Shown: positions 13,001 through 25,188 of the stretch, piece by piece
Layout: every line of letters starts with the position of its first letter
Position numbering within the stretch: position 1 is the first letter of the stretch
Source of the DNA: Protoeuglena noctilucae
Lineage: Eukaryota
DNA length: 64,000 nucleotides
Assembly (NCBI GenBank): GCA_958009085.1
Contig: OY253677.1
Span: forward strand, 682,001-746,000
Direction: 5' to 3'
Made by a program: the position numbers and the translations under genes
Notes under the pieces: generated by a model
Seen by the model: the letters and a program-made list of their open reading frames with translations, nothing else
Told to the model about the DNA's origin: nothing
Databases searched by the model: none

Positions 13001-15368
13001 TCGCGCAGGGCCTGGGGGGGGGGGGGGGTTGAAGAGGGGAGTGTGAGAGAGCGGACAGCTAGTGAGAGTGACACTTTGGCAACCGTGGTCGTGCGGCAGT
13101 TGCCGCCGAGGGAGTCGCGGAGGGCCTGGGGGGGGTTTGTGGAAGAGGGTGATGAGAAGCAGATTGATATGCAAGAGGTGCTATGCCGAACCCCACGCAT
13201 TTATCATGGTCATCGTCATGCAGTTGCACTGCACATTCACATACACACCCCAAACACCCCCTCCACACCACACCCACCATGGTCATCATGCAGTTGCGGT
13301 AGGGCACGTGCTGCCTGCCCGTCCCCGTGGCCTTCTCCTGCAGTGCGATGATGACCTGCTCCAAGTAGTGAAGCGACAGGTTGATGTACGTCGCCTCGTT
13401 CAGAACCGACCCGGTTGCGCCCGTCTGCGGTGCGGATGAGGAGGCAAGGGATGATGCTAGTAAGAACTATTGGTTAGTAACAATAGTTGCTACATGTGGG
13501 TGGCATGCGTGCACTATGGGGGATCTACTCATGGGTGATAAGCCAGGGTAGCCATAGATGGCATCGACATCCACCCCTTATACCCACCCCTCACCTTGCT
13601 AACACGCTCGGACCCTGCCCATTCCACCCCTGCCAGATCCACCAGGTTAACAACTACATCAGTCCCTCACCTTGTTAACGCGTTCGGACCCCGCCAGGTC
13701 GACCAGTTTAATCATTCATATACAACATAACCATCCGTCACCTTGCTGACGCGCTCGGACCCCGCCAGGTCGACCAGATTGAGCTTGGACCGTCGCACCA
13801 GGTCCGACCCGTGTTGCCTGGCCTCGACGTGGATGGTGAAGATGCAGTGGGAGCGGGAGGAGGTCTCGTTCATGGCAGTGCTGAGTGGGGGTGGAGATGG
13901 GGGTTGGTTAGTGTTGAATGAGACTGGTGAAGATGCAGTGGGAGCGGGAAGAGGCTTGCTTTAACACACACCACTCACTTCGCCTCTGCCCTCTTCTTGT
14001 CCCCCTGCCACATGAGCTCAGCACCCACCCCTCCATTCATCGCATCACAGTAGCTATCAAACACACTTCATGTGCAGTACGATCATACTACCCATCCACT
14101 CACTTCGCCTCCGCCCTCTTCTCGTCCCCCTGCCACATCAGCTCCAGCGCCTCCTCCTCGGTCCCCACGCGCGTCAGTGATAAATTGCGCATCACCAGGT
14201 CGTGCTTGTCCGTCTCCTGGAAGTACACGCGGGGGAGGTCCTCGGGGTGGTACACCTGCAGGCGACGAGGGGGAGGGAAAGGGGAGTAACACGCGACGTT
14301 GACGGCGGAATATGATAGCGGTATCAAGCAAAAGGGTATGGGACAAACGCAGTGCACGCTGCTAAATCGGAGCAAGGCGAGTGGCCAGGCGTGTGCAACA
14401 TCAAAACGGGCGTGATGGAGTGATCGTGCTGTGCCGCTCGTCGCACCTGCCTCCCCGGGATGTCCTGCAGGAGGTCGTAGGGCACGTCGTTGTAGATTTG
14501 CATGTACGAGACGTGGATGTCGAAGTGCTGGTCGGTGCGCTTGGCGGCCTCGCGGAACATCTGAGAGGGACGGAAAGCGCAAGTGAGTTTGGTATCATGC
14601 TTACCGATCTTACTTGTTGCGATTTTGAACATTCGAACGAACCGCATTTATACATCTTGTGTAGATGTGCAGCGTCGCGACGGAGAGGCACGGAGTGCAC
14701 TCTCCCCACCAACAGCAGTCGCTCTCACCATGGAGATGGCGCGCGGGATGATGCCGCGCTCCGAGTAGCGCCGCTGGTCGTCGTCCTGGGAGTACCCGCT
14801 GATCGTGTACGTCTTGCCGGACCCGGTCTGGCTGCGAAGGTGGAGGGCTGTCGTCACGATGAGGCAAGAAAGACGAGACAGAAAGCACTGCCACAGTCAA
14901 GCACATACAGATAGCAACATGCTTTTTCTACACAGACACGAACTGCGCGCCATTCTCGTTTCCCTCCAAGCCCCGCCCAAGCGAGCTCCCTCACCCAGAG
15001 GCAAACACGGTGCCGTTGATGCCCTCCAGCGACCCCATGATGACATCTGTAGTCCATGGACGCAATGCACGCGTAAACTGACAAACGCATGCTGCAGCTG
15101 CGGAGTCACAGTCAGGTTAGCACGCGAGACCAAAGAAAGCCGACCATCGCACCTTTCGCCACGCGGTCGAAGACCTCCTCCTGCTTTGAGTCCGGCCCGA
15201 GGACCCCGGTGAACTTGAAGTGGTGTTCCTCGCGCTGGTTATTCACGTACCCGCGCGACTCCTCCCGAGGGATGAAGAAGGCCACGGTGCTCTCGATGGG
15301 GTCCCATGTCAGCGCCTTCGTGGCGCGCGATACGGGGCGGATTCGAAGGTAAATGTCGATGAACGACT
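10056..15368 (-). CDS. KIF6: Kinesin-9 family motor, KIF6-like (start exon not resolved)
   Basis: IDIYLRIRP...YVNNQRE...FKF; P-loop [16 protein letters not shown]; switch [13 protein letters not shown]; switch [28 protein letters not shown]...HVPYRN...[19 protein letters not shown]. The coiled-coil tail carries AFEIFRKS and [25 protein letters not shown], and ends [15 protein letters not shown]. About 12 introns. Confidence 0.92.
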
Positions 15369-16172
15369 GTAGGTGGGGATGAAGAAGGTATTTGTGCAAC
15401 TCAGGGCATCCCGCAAGCGGGGAGCGCGCGGACAGGGCTACGGTTGCGTTTGGAACGAAGGCGCTTCATTTGTGAGGTCGCGCGACGCGCGCGAGGAGCC
15501 CGGGTGCGGCCGGATGAGCGTGGACATCAAGCTACAAGCAGCGGCATCGAACTGCTTCATTCCCGCACTCCGGGCCGGAAACGCTGGGCCAGCATGCTCG
15601 AAGCGCGCCCGGCGCTGGTCTGGGCGCGCTCGCGCACCTGGCTCGGACCCTTCCCCATCCCACGCAGCTCAGAATATCACAAGAAGGGGTCTCCTCAGGT
15701 AAAACCCCCTTCCGGGGCTTCCCCGCGCCCAGCTGGGCACGGCGAGGGTGGGAGTTTCTCTCTCGGGAACCAAGCAATGGACCGCACCGGACGCGGCGCC
15801 GGATGACGTGTTGGATGATGCGGCCCCAAATGCGCACAACGATGCTACAGCAGGGGCTATCTCGCCCAAGGGCCGATCTCAGCGCAGGAAACGCCGCCAG
15901 ATGTTTTGGGCGCATATCTGATGTCCCGCCGACCCGCGCTCGCCAATTCTGGGTAGCTTGGGAACATGTTGTGCTAGACGCAAAGCCCGGGCCCTTGCCC
16001 CGCGGAGAATTGAGCCTGCTGCTTTCGGCGGGCTTTGCCGGCCCAGCACAGCCTCCAGAGCCGTCCACCTGCACGTTCGTGGACACCAGGAAGACCCTTT
16101 GTATAGTATCTGCCAGGTGGACCGGCTCCGTGGCGTGGGGGTCGCCGCCCTGAGCGAGGGGGGAGGGCAGCG

Positions 16173-19100
16173 ATGAGCGCGCCGGGACGGCCTGGCCCGT
16201 CGGGGGCCAGGGCCGGCGCCTCGGGCGCACCCGGTGAGTGGTGGCGTGGATGCATGAACTTCTCGTGTACACCAGGTTGGCCCCTCATCGCCGCCAGAAC
16301 AGACGTCCCGGGCCTTTCAGTGCACAACCGGGTCTCGCTCCGCGTTTCGCGGTCCCTCCTGGCGATGACGGCGATGCAACTCTGAGCAATGGTCTTATGT
16401 CGTTTGTTGCTTCCGATCGTGACGAATCTCGTTCGGCGCGAGCCCTGACGGCGCGGCCCTCGCCCCGCCCGCGCAGGCCGCCCACGCATCGACTTCAATG
16501 CGCTCAAGCCGCCTCCCGGGTACCAGCCCGGTCTGGGGCGTGGCGCGGCGGGGTTCACGACGCGTTCGGACATCGGTCCCGCGCGGTACGGCGCCGGGGA
16601 GGAGGAGGGCGGGGGCGGCCAGCCCGAGGCCCAGGAGGCACGGCAGGAGCAGCAGCCGGAGCAGCAATTCGACAAGTTCATGGGATCCGAGGCCGGGATG
16701 TTCTCGGGCGGCGTCTACGAAGAGGACGACAAGGAGGCCGACAAGGCGAGTTGAAGAGCGGACGGTTGCTGCAGCGTGTGCACGCGTGTTTGCAGGCCTC
16801 GTTCGCGCTCGCCGTGGCGCGAATCCCTGTGGGCCTTCTTCAATTATCCCAGATTTGGGACGAGGTTGAGGAGTACATGGATGAGCGCCGGCGCGACCAG
16901 CGGGAGAAGCGGCTGCGGAAGGAGGTGGAGCGCGAGCGGAAAGAGAACCCGAAAATCACCGAGCAGTTCCGGGACCTGAAGCGGCAGCTCGCGGACGTGA
17001 GCTACGAGCAGTGGGACGGCATTCCGGAGATCGGGGACTACACGGTCAAGAAACAGAAGCGGTTCGAGTCGTTCGTTCCCGGGAGCGACGCGCTTCTGGC
17101 CAAGGCAGTCGCGCAGGGGCAGGTCGCGGCGCGGGAGGTGCGTATTGCGCTTTATTTATGCGATTACTTGCGCACGGGGGCTCTCCGGGACGCGCTCGCG
17201 GATTCCGCTGCTGCACGCAGTCGGGGCGTGTCGGGCCTGGAGACGCCCGCGGGCCCGGGCGTCAACCAGGACCTCACGTCGATTGGCGCGGGGAAGAAGA
17301 CGATGCTCGCGCTCAATCTGGACAAGATGGGCGACGACGGTGGGTCCCGGGCGCAGCGCACGGGTGCACGTGATGTACTCGCAGTGCGAGCGCAGCAGGA
17401 AGCAACTGCCTTATTGCTTCGCCCTCGCAGTGGAGGGCAAGACGACGATCGACCCGCAGGGCTACATGACTGCGATGGCGGCCACTCCGCTGGCGAGCGC
17501 GGACATCCAGGACATCAAGCGCGCCCGGCAGCTCTTCAAGTCCGTCATCTCCAGCAACCCGAAGAACCCGGCCGGATGGGTCGGCGCTGCGGTGAGAGAC
17601 GTTTTCAATTTATCTTATTGTGACGTCGATATTACCAATACTACTACTGCGGGCGAACAGGGACAACCAGCACCGCACGGAGTGACGCCTTGCGGGGCAA
17701 CACCCTGCCCTTCCTCGCTCGCAGCGCCTGGAGGAGCACGCGGGCAAGCTCCAGGCGGCGCGCAACATCATCATGGAGGGCGTGGAGAAGTGCCCGAACA
17801 GCGAGGACGTGTGGCTGGAGGCGGTTCGGCTGCAGACCCCCGACAACGCCAAGGCGGTCCTGGCGAGGGGCGTGGCGGCCAATCCATCCAGCGTGCAGCT
17901 GTGGCTGCAGGCGGCGAAGCTGGAGAGCGAGACGGCAGGTGAGGTTTGGTGGGAAGCTGGATCATGCATGGAGGCATGGCTAACATGCCGGTGGTGTTGA
18001 CTTCTCTGACCATGCATGGTGCCATGGTCAACGTGCCTCATCACGCACCAGGAACTCCTAGTGTAGAATGCACAACGATCACACACACATACACCATGTC
18101 CTTCGTTCTTTCCCCCCTCCGCAGCCAAGGCCCGCGTGCTCCGCAAGGCCCTGGAGCGCATCCCCGCGTCGGTCTTGCTGTGGAAGGCAGCTGTTGATAT
18201 CGCACCTGAGGACGATGCCCGCATTCTGCTGTCGCGCGCGGTGGAGTGCTGTCCTCTGCACGCGGAGCTGTGGCTGGCGCTCGCAAAGCTGGAGGTGAGA
18301 GGAGTATGGGGGTGGGGAGGGATGCGTGTGATGTGGCTGCGTGCTTCTGTCTGCGGTGCCTTCTCTATTACAATACCGTCTCTCACAGACCTACGACAAC
18401 GCCAAGAAAGCCCTTTTGATTGTGACTGTATGTACGATAAATACTATATTACAACCACACCCTCTCCATCTCCCGCAGACCTATGATAATGCCAAGAAGG
18501 TCCTCAACCGCGCGCGCCAGGCGCTCCCCACCGACCGCAGCATTTGGCTGGCGGCGGCCAAATTGGAAGAAGCTCAGGGACACGAGGGCATGCCCACCAA
18601 GATCATTCCCAGGGCTATTAAGAGTTTGGAGGCCAATGGGGTGGTCATCGATAGGGACCAGGTGGGGGGTGGGTGTGTTGAGAGTTGATTGACAGGGAGC
18701 AGGTGTGAGAAGGGGTGTGCATAATGGTCCCATGTGCCACAGTCACGCCCATCTGCTCATACCACATCACCTTATCTCACTCACCCACTCCCCTTTCTCT
18801 ACAGTGGCTGGAGGAGGCCCGCATCTCTGAGTCCCACGACCCCCCCATGACCGAGACGTGCCGCGCCATCGTGGCAGCCGTCATTGGTCACGGAGTGGAG
18901 GCAGAAGACAGAGAGGCGACGTGGATGGGGGACGCGGAGGAATGTGCCAAGGCGGGGGCCATCGAGACGGCCAGGTGATTTTTCTATATCTATATCTATG
19001 GTCCATCTACGAGCATGCCCTGACCACATATCACATTGACTATAATTACGTTTATTTATAATGCATATTTATTTATACTCTTTTCATATCGCATCCACTC

Positions 19101-21326
19101 TCCAGGTCCATCTACGAGCACGCCGTGACGACCTTCCCCGCCAAGAAGGGCGTGTGGATGAAGGCTGCACAACTGGAGAAGAGAAATGGAGACTATGGCA
19201 GACTGGAGGCCATACTGGCAAGAGCAGTGCAGTTCTGCCCACAGGTGAAGAGGGGGGGTGGGGCCTTGGTCTGGGTGGGTGTGTGTGGGAAGGGGTGGGG
19301 GAGGTGGGAGTGTGATGGGCGCGGAGCGTTGATACACACAACAATGAGCTGTTACTTATAATAACTAACAAGTTTTCATCATAACTCACTCCTACCACCC
19401 CCTTCCCCTTAGGCCCACACGCTGTGGTTGTTGTGGGCCCGCGAGGCGTGGCGCACGAAGGGCGATGTCCACCAGGCGCGTCAGATTCTCGACAACGCAT
19501 TCCGATCGAATCCCAACTCGGAGGACATCTACCTGGCCGCGTTCAAGCTCGAGGCGGAGGTGAGGGTGATGGGAGTATGATTGGTAACTGTAGTTATGGT
19601 TGTGAGCGAAATGGACATCTATGTCTGGCCGCGTTCAAGCTGGAGGCGGAGGTGAGGGTATGGGCATATCAGGGAATGCATTGGTTGGGTACCCACGACA
19701 GCACCCTCACCTCACCACCCTCGTTCCGTCGCCAACACCCTCACTACCAATCACACCACCACCCCCCATACCCCCCCCGCATCCTACCAACACTGTTACC
19801 ACCTTTTCTCTCATTCCCACAGAACGGCGAGACGGAGCGTGCCCGCCTTATCCTGGCTCGTGCGCGCGACACCCCCGCCACCTCCACGCCACGCATGTGG
19901 ATGTACTCTGCGAAGCTGGAGAGGGATTCTGGCAAAGCGGCGGAGGAGAGGGCAATACTCACGCAGGCGAGTGATTGGGTGGGGGTGGGGTGGGGTGACT
20001 GTGTTTGGTGGGTAATAGGGTGGTGGGGTGAGTGTGTGTGGGGTGGGAGGAGAGGGCCATCAGCTTTTTTTCCCTTACATCATACATTGTTACAGCTTTG
20101 CTTTTATATCCAGGCCGTGGACCGCTTCCCCGACTTCTGGAAGCTGTGGCTGATGGCAGCGCAACTGGAGGAGCGGGAGGGGCAGACCGACGCCGCCCGA
20201 AAGACCTACGCCAGAGCGGTGCTGGCGTGCCCCAAGAGCGTGGGCGTGTGGAGGGCGTACGCCGCTTTCGAGGCCAGGGGAGGGGCGTTCCCCAAAGCGA
20301 GGGCGATTTTGGATATGGCGCGGCTGCGGGTGCCGAAGGACGCCGGGCTGTGGCTGGCCACCGTGAGGTGAGTCGAGGGTTTCAATTGGGCAAGTATGTG
20401 ATTGTGAGGAGTGTGTTGTGTGGGGGTAATCAAGCGCTGCACCCCTCACCCTCACTGACACCCCCACTCCCACCCTCACCGCCACCCTCACCCTCACCAC
20501 CCCCCCACCCCTCCGCAGAGTGGAGCTGGCGTCCGGGGACACCAAAGCCGCGGACGTGCAACTGGCCAAAGCCCTGCAGGAGTGCCCCACCTCCGGGCAG
20601 CTGTGGGCGCAGGCGGTGGCACTCGCGTCACGCCCCCAGCGCAAGTCCAAGTCGGCTGAGGGTCTGAAGCGCTGCAACAACGACCCTCACATGCTGTGCG
20701 CGGTGGCGCAGCTGTTCGTGCAAGAGAGGAAGCTGGAGAGGGCCCGGGACTGGTTCAACAAGTCGGTCGTGGGGAACCCGGGTGAGCTGAGGGGTGGGTT
20801 GAGCATAATAAGCGAATATGAATGGTTGTGATGGGAAGTGAGGTGAGGGACTGGTTCGACAAGTTTGTGGTGGGGAACCCGGGTGAGGGGTGATGCGGAC
20901 TACTGGGGATGGTTACGACAGCAAGTCGAAGGTTGGCGACTGCTGGGCCCACTGTTAGTACCCCACCCACCACCACCACTCCTACTCTCCCCACTCAGAC
21001 ATCGGCGACCACTGGGTCCACTGGTACCGCTTTGAGCTCATACTCAACTAACATGTTCTAACAATGGTATAACCAATTATCACTACTCTTACTCTCTCCC
21101 CCACTCAGACATCGGCGACCACTGGGCCCACTGGTACCGATTCGAGCTCAGGCACGGCACCCCCGACCGCGCCGACAAGGTGAAGGCCGCATGCGTGGCC
21201 CAGGAGCCCCGGCACGGTGAGTTCTGGCAGAGGGTGTCGAAGGAGCCGGGGAACGCCAAGCTGACGACGGAGGAGGTGCTGGTGAAGGTATGCAACAGCT
21301 TGGACGAACCGGCGCCGATTGGGTGA
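16173..21326 (+). CDS. PRPF6: Pre-mRNA processing factor 6 (U5-102K / STA1), HAT-repeat protein
   Basis: [76 protein letters not shown], many HAT repeats, and C-terminal [13 protein letters not shown]. About 14 introns, two of them GC-AG. Confidence 0.96.
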
Positions 21327-21794
21327 TGGTGGGTGGGTGGGGTGTGATGGGGTGGGGTGGGGGCTTTGGGTGGGGTGTGATGGGGTGGGTTGGGGTGTGA
21401 GGGGGTGGTGGTGAAGGGTGGGGTGGGGTTGGGGTGATGAGAGCGGTGTCGGGTTGCGCGGGGTGATGGGGGTGCGGGGTTGCGTGGGGTAGTTCGTGAC
21501 CCTTTGGGTCTGCTGCCTTCTTGCGTTGCTACAGAGAGGCCCCTCAGCGCCATCCGTTTGAAAGCACGTTGCGTCAGAGTGTGCGAGCCCTCTGGGTCAT
21601 CTTGTGTGTGAGACTGCCACTCCAGTGAGAGTGCGCCAGTGGCAATGGTGCACCCAGCAAACGAGCCCCTTGCATGTATGCATGTCAGAAGCTGACCCGG
21701 ATTTCAAATGCCGAGCGGGTGACAAAGGCGGGCCCGGGAGTCTGGGGGGAGGGAGCCAGCTGAGTGGCACTCATCGGGCGGGCGACGGAGCGAG

Positions 21795-21925
21795 GGAGGT
21801 GGCGAAGTAGCGAGGTGGCGAGAGCGAAAGAGAGAACGAGCGGGTGAGGTGGCGAGCGAGAGAGAAAGCTAGGTGGCGAGCGAGGCTGAAAGAGAGCGAG
21901 CGAGCGCGGGAGGTGGCGAGGGATG
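21795..21925. repeat. Purine-rich intergenic minisatellite (AGGTGGCGA) x 5
   Basis: AGGTGGCGA occurs five times with (GA)n spacers between the convergent PRP6 and MAPK 3' ends. Confidence 0.7.
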
Positions 21926-22309
21926 GATGATGGAGAGGGCGACAGCGAGGGAGCGACCACGTGGGGTCATCACGGCGACACACGGGGGGAGGCGGAGAGA
22001 GGGCGGACTTGCAAGAGGGAGAGAGAGAGAGCGGGGCGGCCGGGGAAACGAAGCGAAACGGTTCGAATCCCATCTGGGCCAGTGCGCCCCGTCTCCATGT
22101 ACCTAACGAGGGCGCTCCTCTGATAGACCGCCAAACGGGCCGGGCCTTGGGGGGATGACGGGGGTGTGATAGGATGTGAGGACTACACGACATGAGACGA
22201 GACACGCGACAGTTGTCAGCGGTTGTCATGGCATGGCCACTACGGCGCTGTCGATGGGTGTGTGTATGACTGGGTAGGTACCCCACGGCAGCGCCTACGC
22301 TGGCGCCTG

Positions 22310-24635
22310 TCATCCGCTCCCCCACGCCCACCACCGCCGCTTGGGCTTGGAACCTGGGGGCATGGGAAGGGGCACATGTGGTACTGCATGTGACATGGTG
22401 TGATAGCCGAGAACCAAGAAGGAAGTCCCATCTCCTGACCCAAAACCGCCAGCCACCGCACCCTCTCACACCCAATACCCCCCCACCCCCACCCAGCCTC
22501 ACCGTCAGTGATGGACGGCGTCCGGGCGAGCACCTGCGCCTGCTCGACCTCCTTCTGCACCTGTTGCAAGTCCTTGCCCTTGCTCGCGGCCCTCTGCGCG
22601 TCGCGTTCCTTGATGCGCCGCTTCAGTTCCTTCTTTCGCCTCACAATCTCCTGGTACAGCCGTTCTCGGTACTCCTGGATGGTGAACTTCGTGTTGTCGT
22701 TGATCGGGATCGTGATGACGCGCGAGCACCGGGGCTCGGTGGCGGGATCGTGGAACTGCGCGACGTAAGGGTGCGACAGCGCCTCCTCGGCCGTCATGCG
22801 CTTGTCCGGGTTGAAGACGAGCAGCTTGCGCAACAGGTCCGTCGCCTCCGGGCTCGCGTTCGGGAACATGTGCTCCAGATTGCGCTGCTTGGGCGTCGGC
22901 AGCTCGTCGAGCATGGTCATGGCGAACGACGAGCCGACCGCGTCGATGTCCGCCTTCTTGGGGCGGCCCGTCACCTCCAGGATGCGGTCCAGCTGGTTCT
23001 GAGATAGGGAGGGAGATGGGTGAGGGGATGAGGTGATGAGGTGGTGCGGGTGTTGCGGGTCGTGGATTTCAATACTGCATTCGGCTGCGAGGTAAGGGCC
23101 ACTTGACTGGCTCTGAGAGGGGTATGAGGTGATGAGATGGGCGAGGCGATGAAGTGGGTGGGGGTGTGTTGCAGGTCGGGGTATCCCTACCCAATGCCTG
23201 GCCACAGAGACCACGTCGCCGCTTCAGGACAACTTGTGGTGATGCCTTAGGACAGCAGCAGCACTGGACAACTCAGCTCCCCACAAACACTCTGCTGTAG
23301 AACAACTCAACTCCCCACACACACTCACCATGGTGCTGCTCCCCGGGAAGATGGGCTTGCCGCTGAGGAGCTCCCCCAAGATGCACCCGCAGCTCCACAT
23401 ATCGACGCCCCTTGTGTACCTGGTGGATCCCAGGAGGATCTCCGGAGCACGATACCACCGCGTCGCGACGTAGTCGGTCAGGACCGGGTTCGTGGCCGTC
23501 TCGCTCTCGATCTGGGCGATGGAGCGCGCTAGGCCGAAGTCCGCCAGCTTGACCTGGCACTCCGAGTTGAGGAGCAGGTTGCTCGGCTTGATGTCCCTGC
23601 GCGGGCGTAGAGGGGACCAGGGCGTGTTCGGACGGGCGGAGGGGCGCGACGGGCGCAAGGACGCGCGGGGATGGGGGAACGGAGCGCAGGGAGCAGGGAA
23701 GGCAGGTGCACTGCGGGAGAGGAAGGGAGAGAGCTCTGCGGACCGTCGCGGGCGTCGGAGCCGGACGCGGATAGTTACCGGTGCAGAAGCTCCGCGGAGT
23801 GCATGTACTTGAGGGCCTTGAAAAGCTGGTACATGATGTACTGCTTGTGGATGTTCTCCAGGATGTTGGCGCGAATCACGGCGTGCAGGTCGGTCTCCAT
23901 GTACTCGAAAACCAGGTAGATGTCGCGATCTGCGGGAGTGCGGGCGCAGGGAGCGCGGTCAGCGTCGGGCGGGCGCGAGGAGGGCGACGCCGTGCCAAGG
24001 TGGCGACGCCGCGCGAGGGCGGCCCCGGCGCGGCACGGCGGAGCCCCGCGCGCACCGTTGTCCGCCTTCAGGACATTGAGGAGTCGGATGATGTTCTCGT
24101 GGGCGGTCAGCTCCTGGAGGAACATGATTTCGCGGAAGGTGCGCTGCGCATCGGTAGAATTCTGAAAGGCGTCAAAGATCTTCTGCGGAGAGGGCGCGGA
24201 GCACACAGAAACCTCGCGAGAACGACACTCGATCGATGGAGGGGTGTCGGGACGCCCAGGAACGAGCGGGCCGGTCGCGGGCGCCCACGACATTACTGCG
24301 TCGCGCGCCGTGCATCGAGCGGCGGGGTCGCCGGGCGGTCCCGGCTAGCCGCCTCGCCTTGAGTGCTACCGTCGCGCCGGTCTTGCGGTCGATGGCCTTC
24401 CACACGATCCCGTACGCCCCCTTCCCGAGCTTCTGAAGTATCTCATACTTCTTCAGCACGTGCTTCTCGACCTCCTGATCGAGCGAGACCAGGAGACGCG
24501 TCAGGCGTTGCATAGAAATCAGGCCGGGGGCGGATTCCCCGGATCCTAAGCTCCGCTAGCGCGGGCCTGTCCGCGTCAGCGCGCCTGCGCCAAGAGCTGC
24601 GCCTGTGACCCGCCGCCCGCGCGCACCTCCGCCAT
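22310..24635 (-). CDS. MAPK15: ERK7/MAPK15-type MAP kinase (TDY activation loop)
   Basis: [93 protein letters not shown]. The first coding exon is 9 nt (24635-24627). The last exon ends [14 protein letters not shown]. Confidence 0.93.
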
Positions 24636-25188
24636 GGCGACGCGTCCAGTTACCCCGGGCGACTCCCGCCTCCTCGACCCCTATCGAGCGCGCTTGCACG
24701 CCCGCGTCCCCCTGCCCAGCCAGGTGACGAGTGTTCCCTGGTCCCTTGGGCTCAGGGCAGGCAGCGCTGCCTGGGAAACAGGCCCGCCTCGCACGAGACT
24801 TGAAGCAGACTCGAAGGAGTGTCGGGCGCGTCCCTCGCTGTGGGAAACTCCTAACGGGTGACGGGGACCCTACTGAGCGTGACCGACACGCAGTCACTCG
24901 GTCAACAGCGCGGTGCAGGCTGCTCTTCGCATCACTGGCGTAACAGCTGCGATGCCTGACGCCCCAAGGCCTCAACGTGCGGTGCCATCTGGCAAGGTCA
25001 CTGGCGCCCAAATTCGCCATGCGCGCCGTAGAGCTCATACGTAGCCCAGATTTCGTGAAGATCCGACTTACCTCACGCGCGATCGCCGAGACGGGGCCTC
25101 GCATCGCTCGTCGCGCTCAGGAAGGGGGGCTAGGCGGGCCGTCCTGGGCGCCTGAGCCTCCGGGCAGGCCCGCCGAGCTCGCGTGGCC

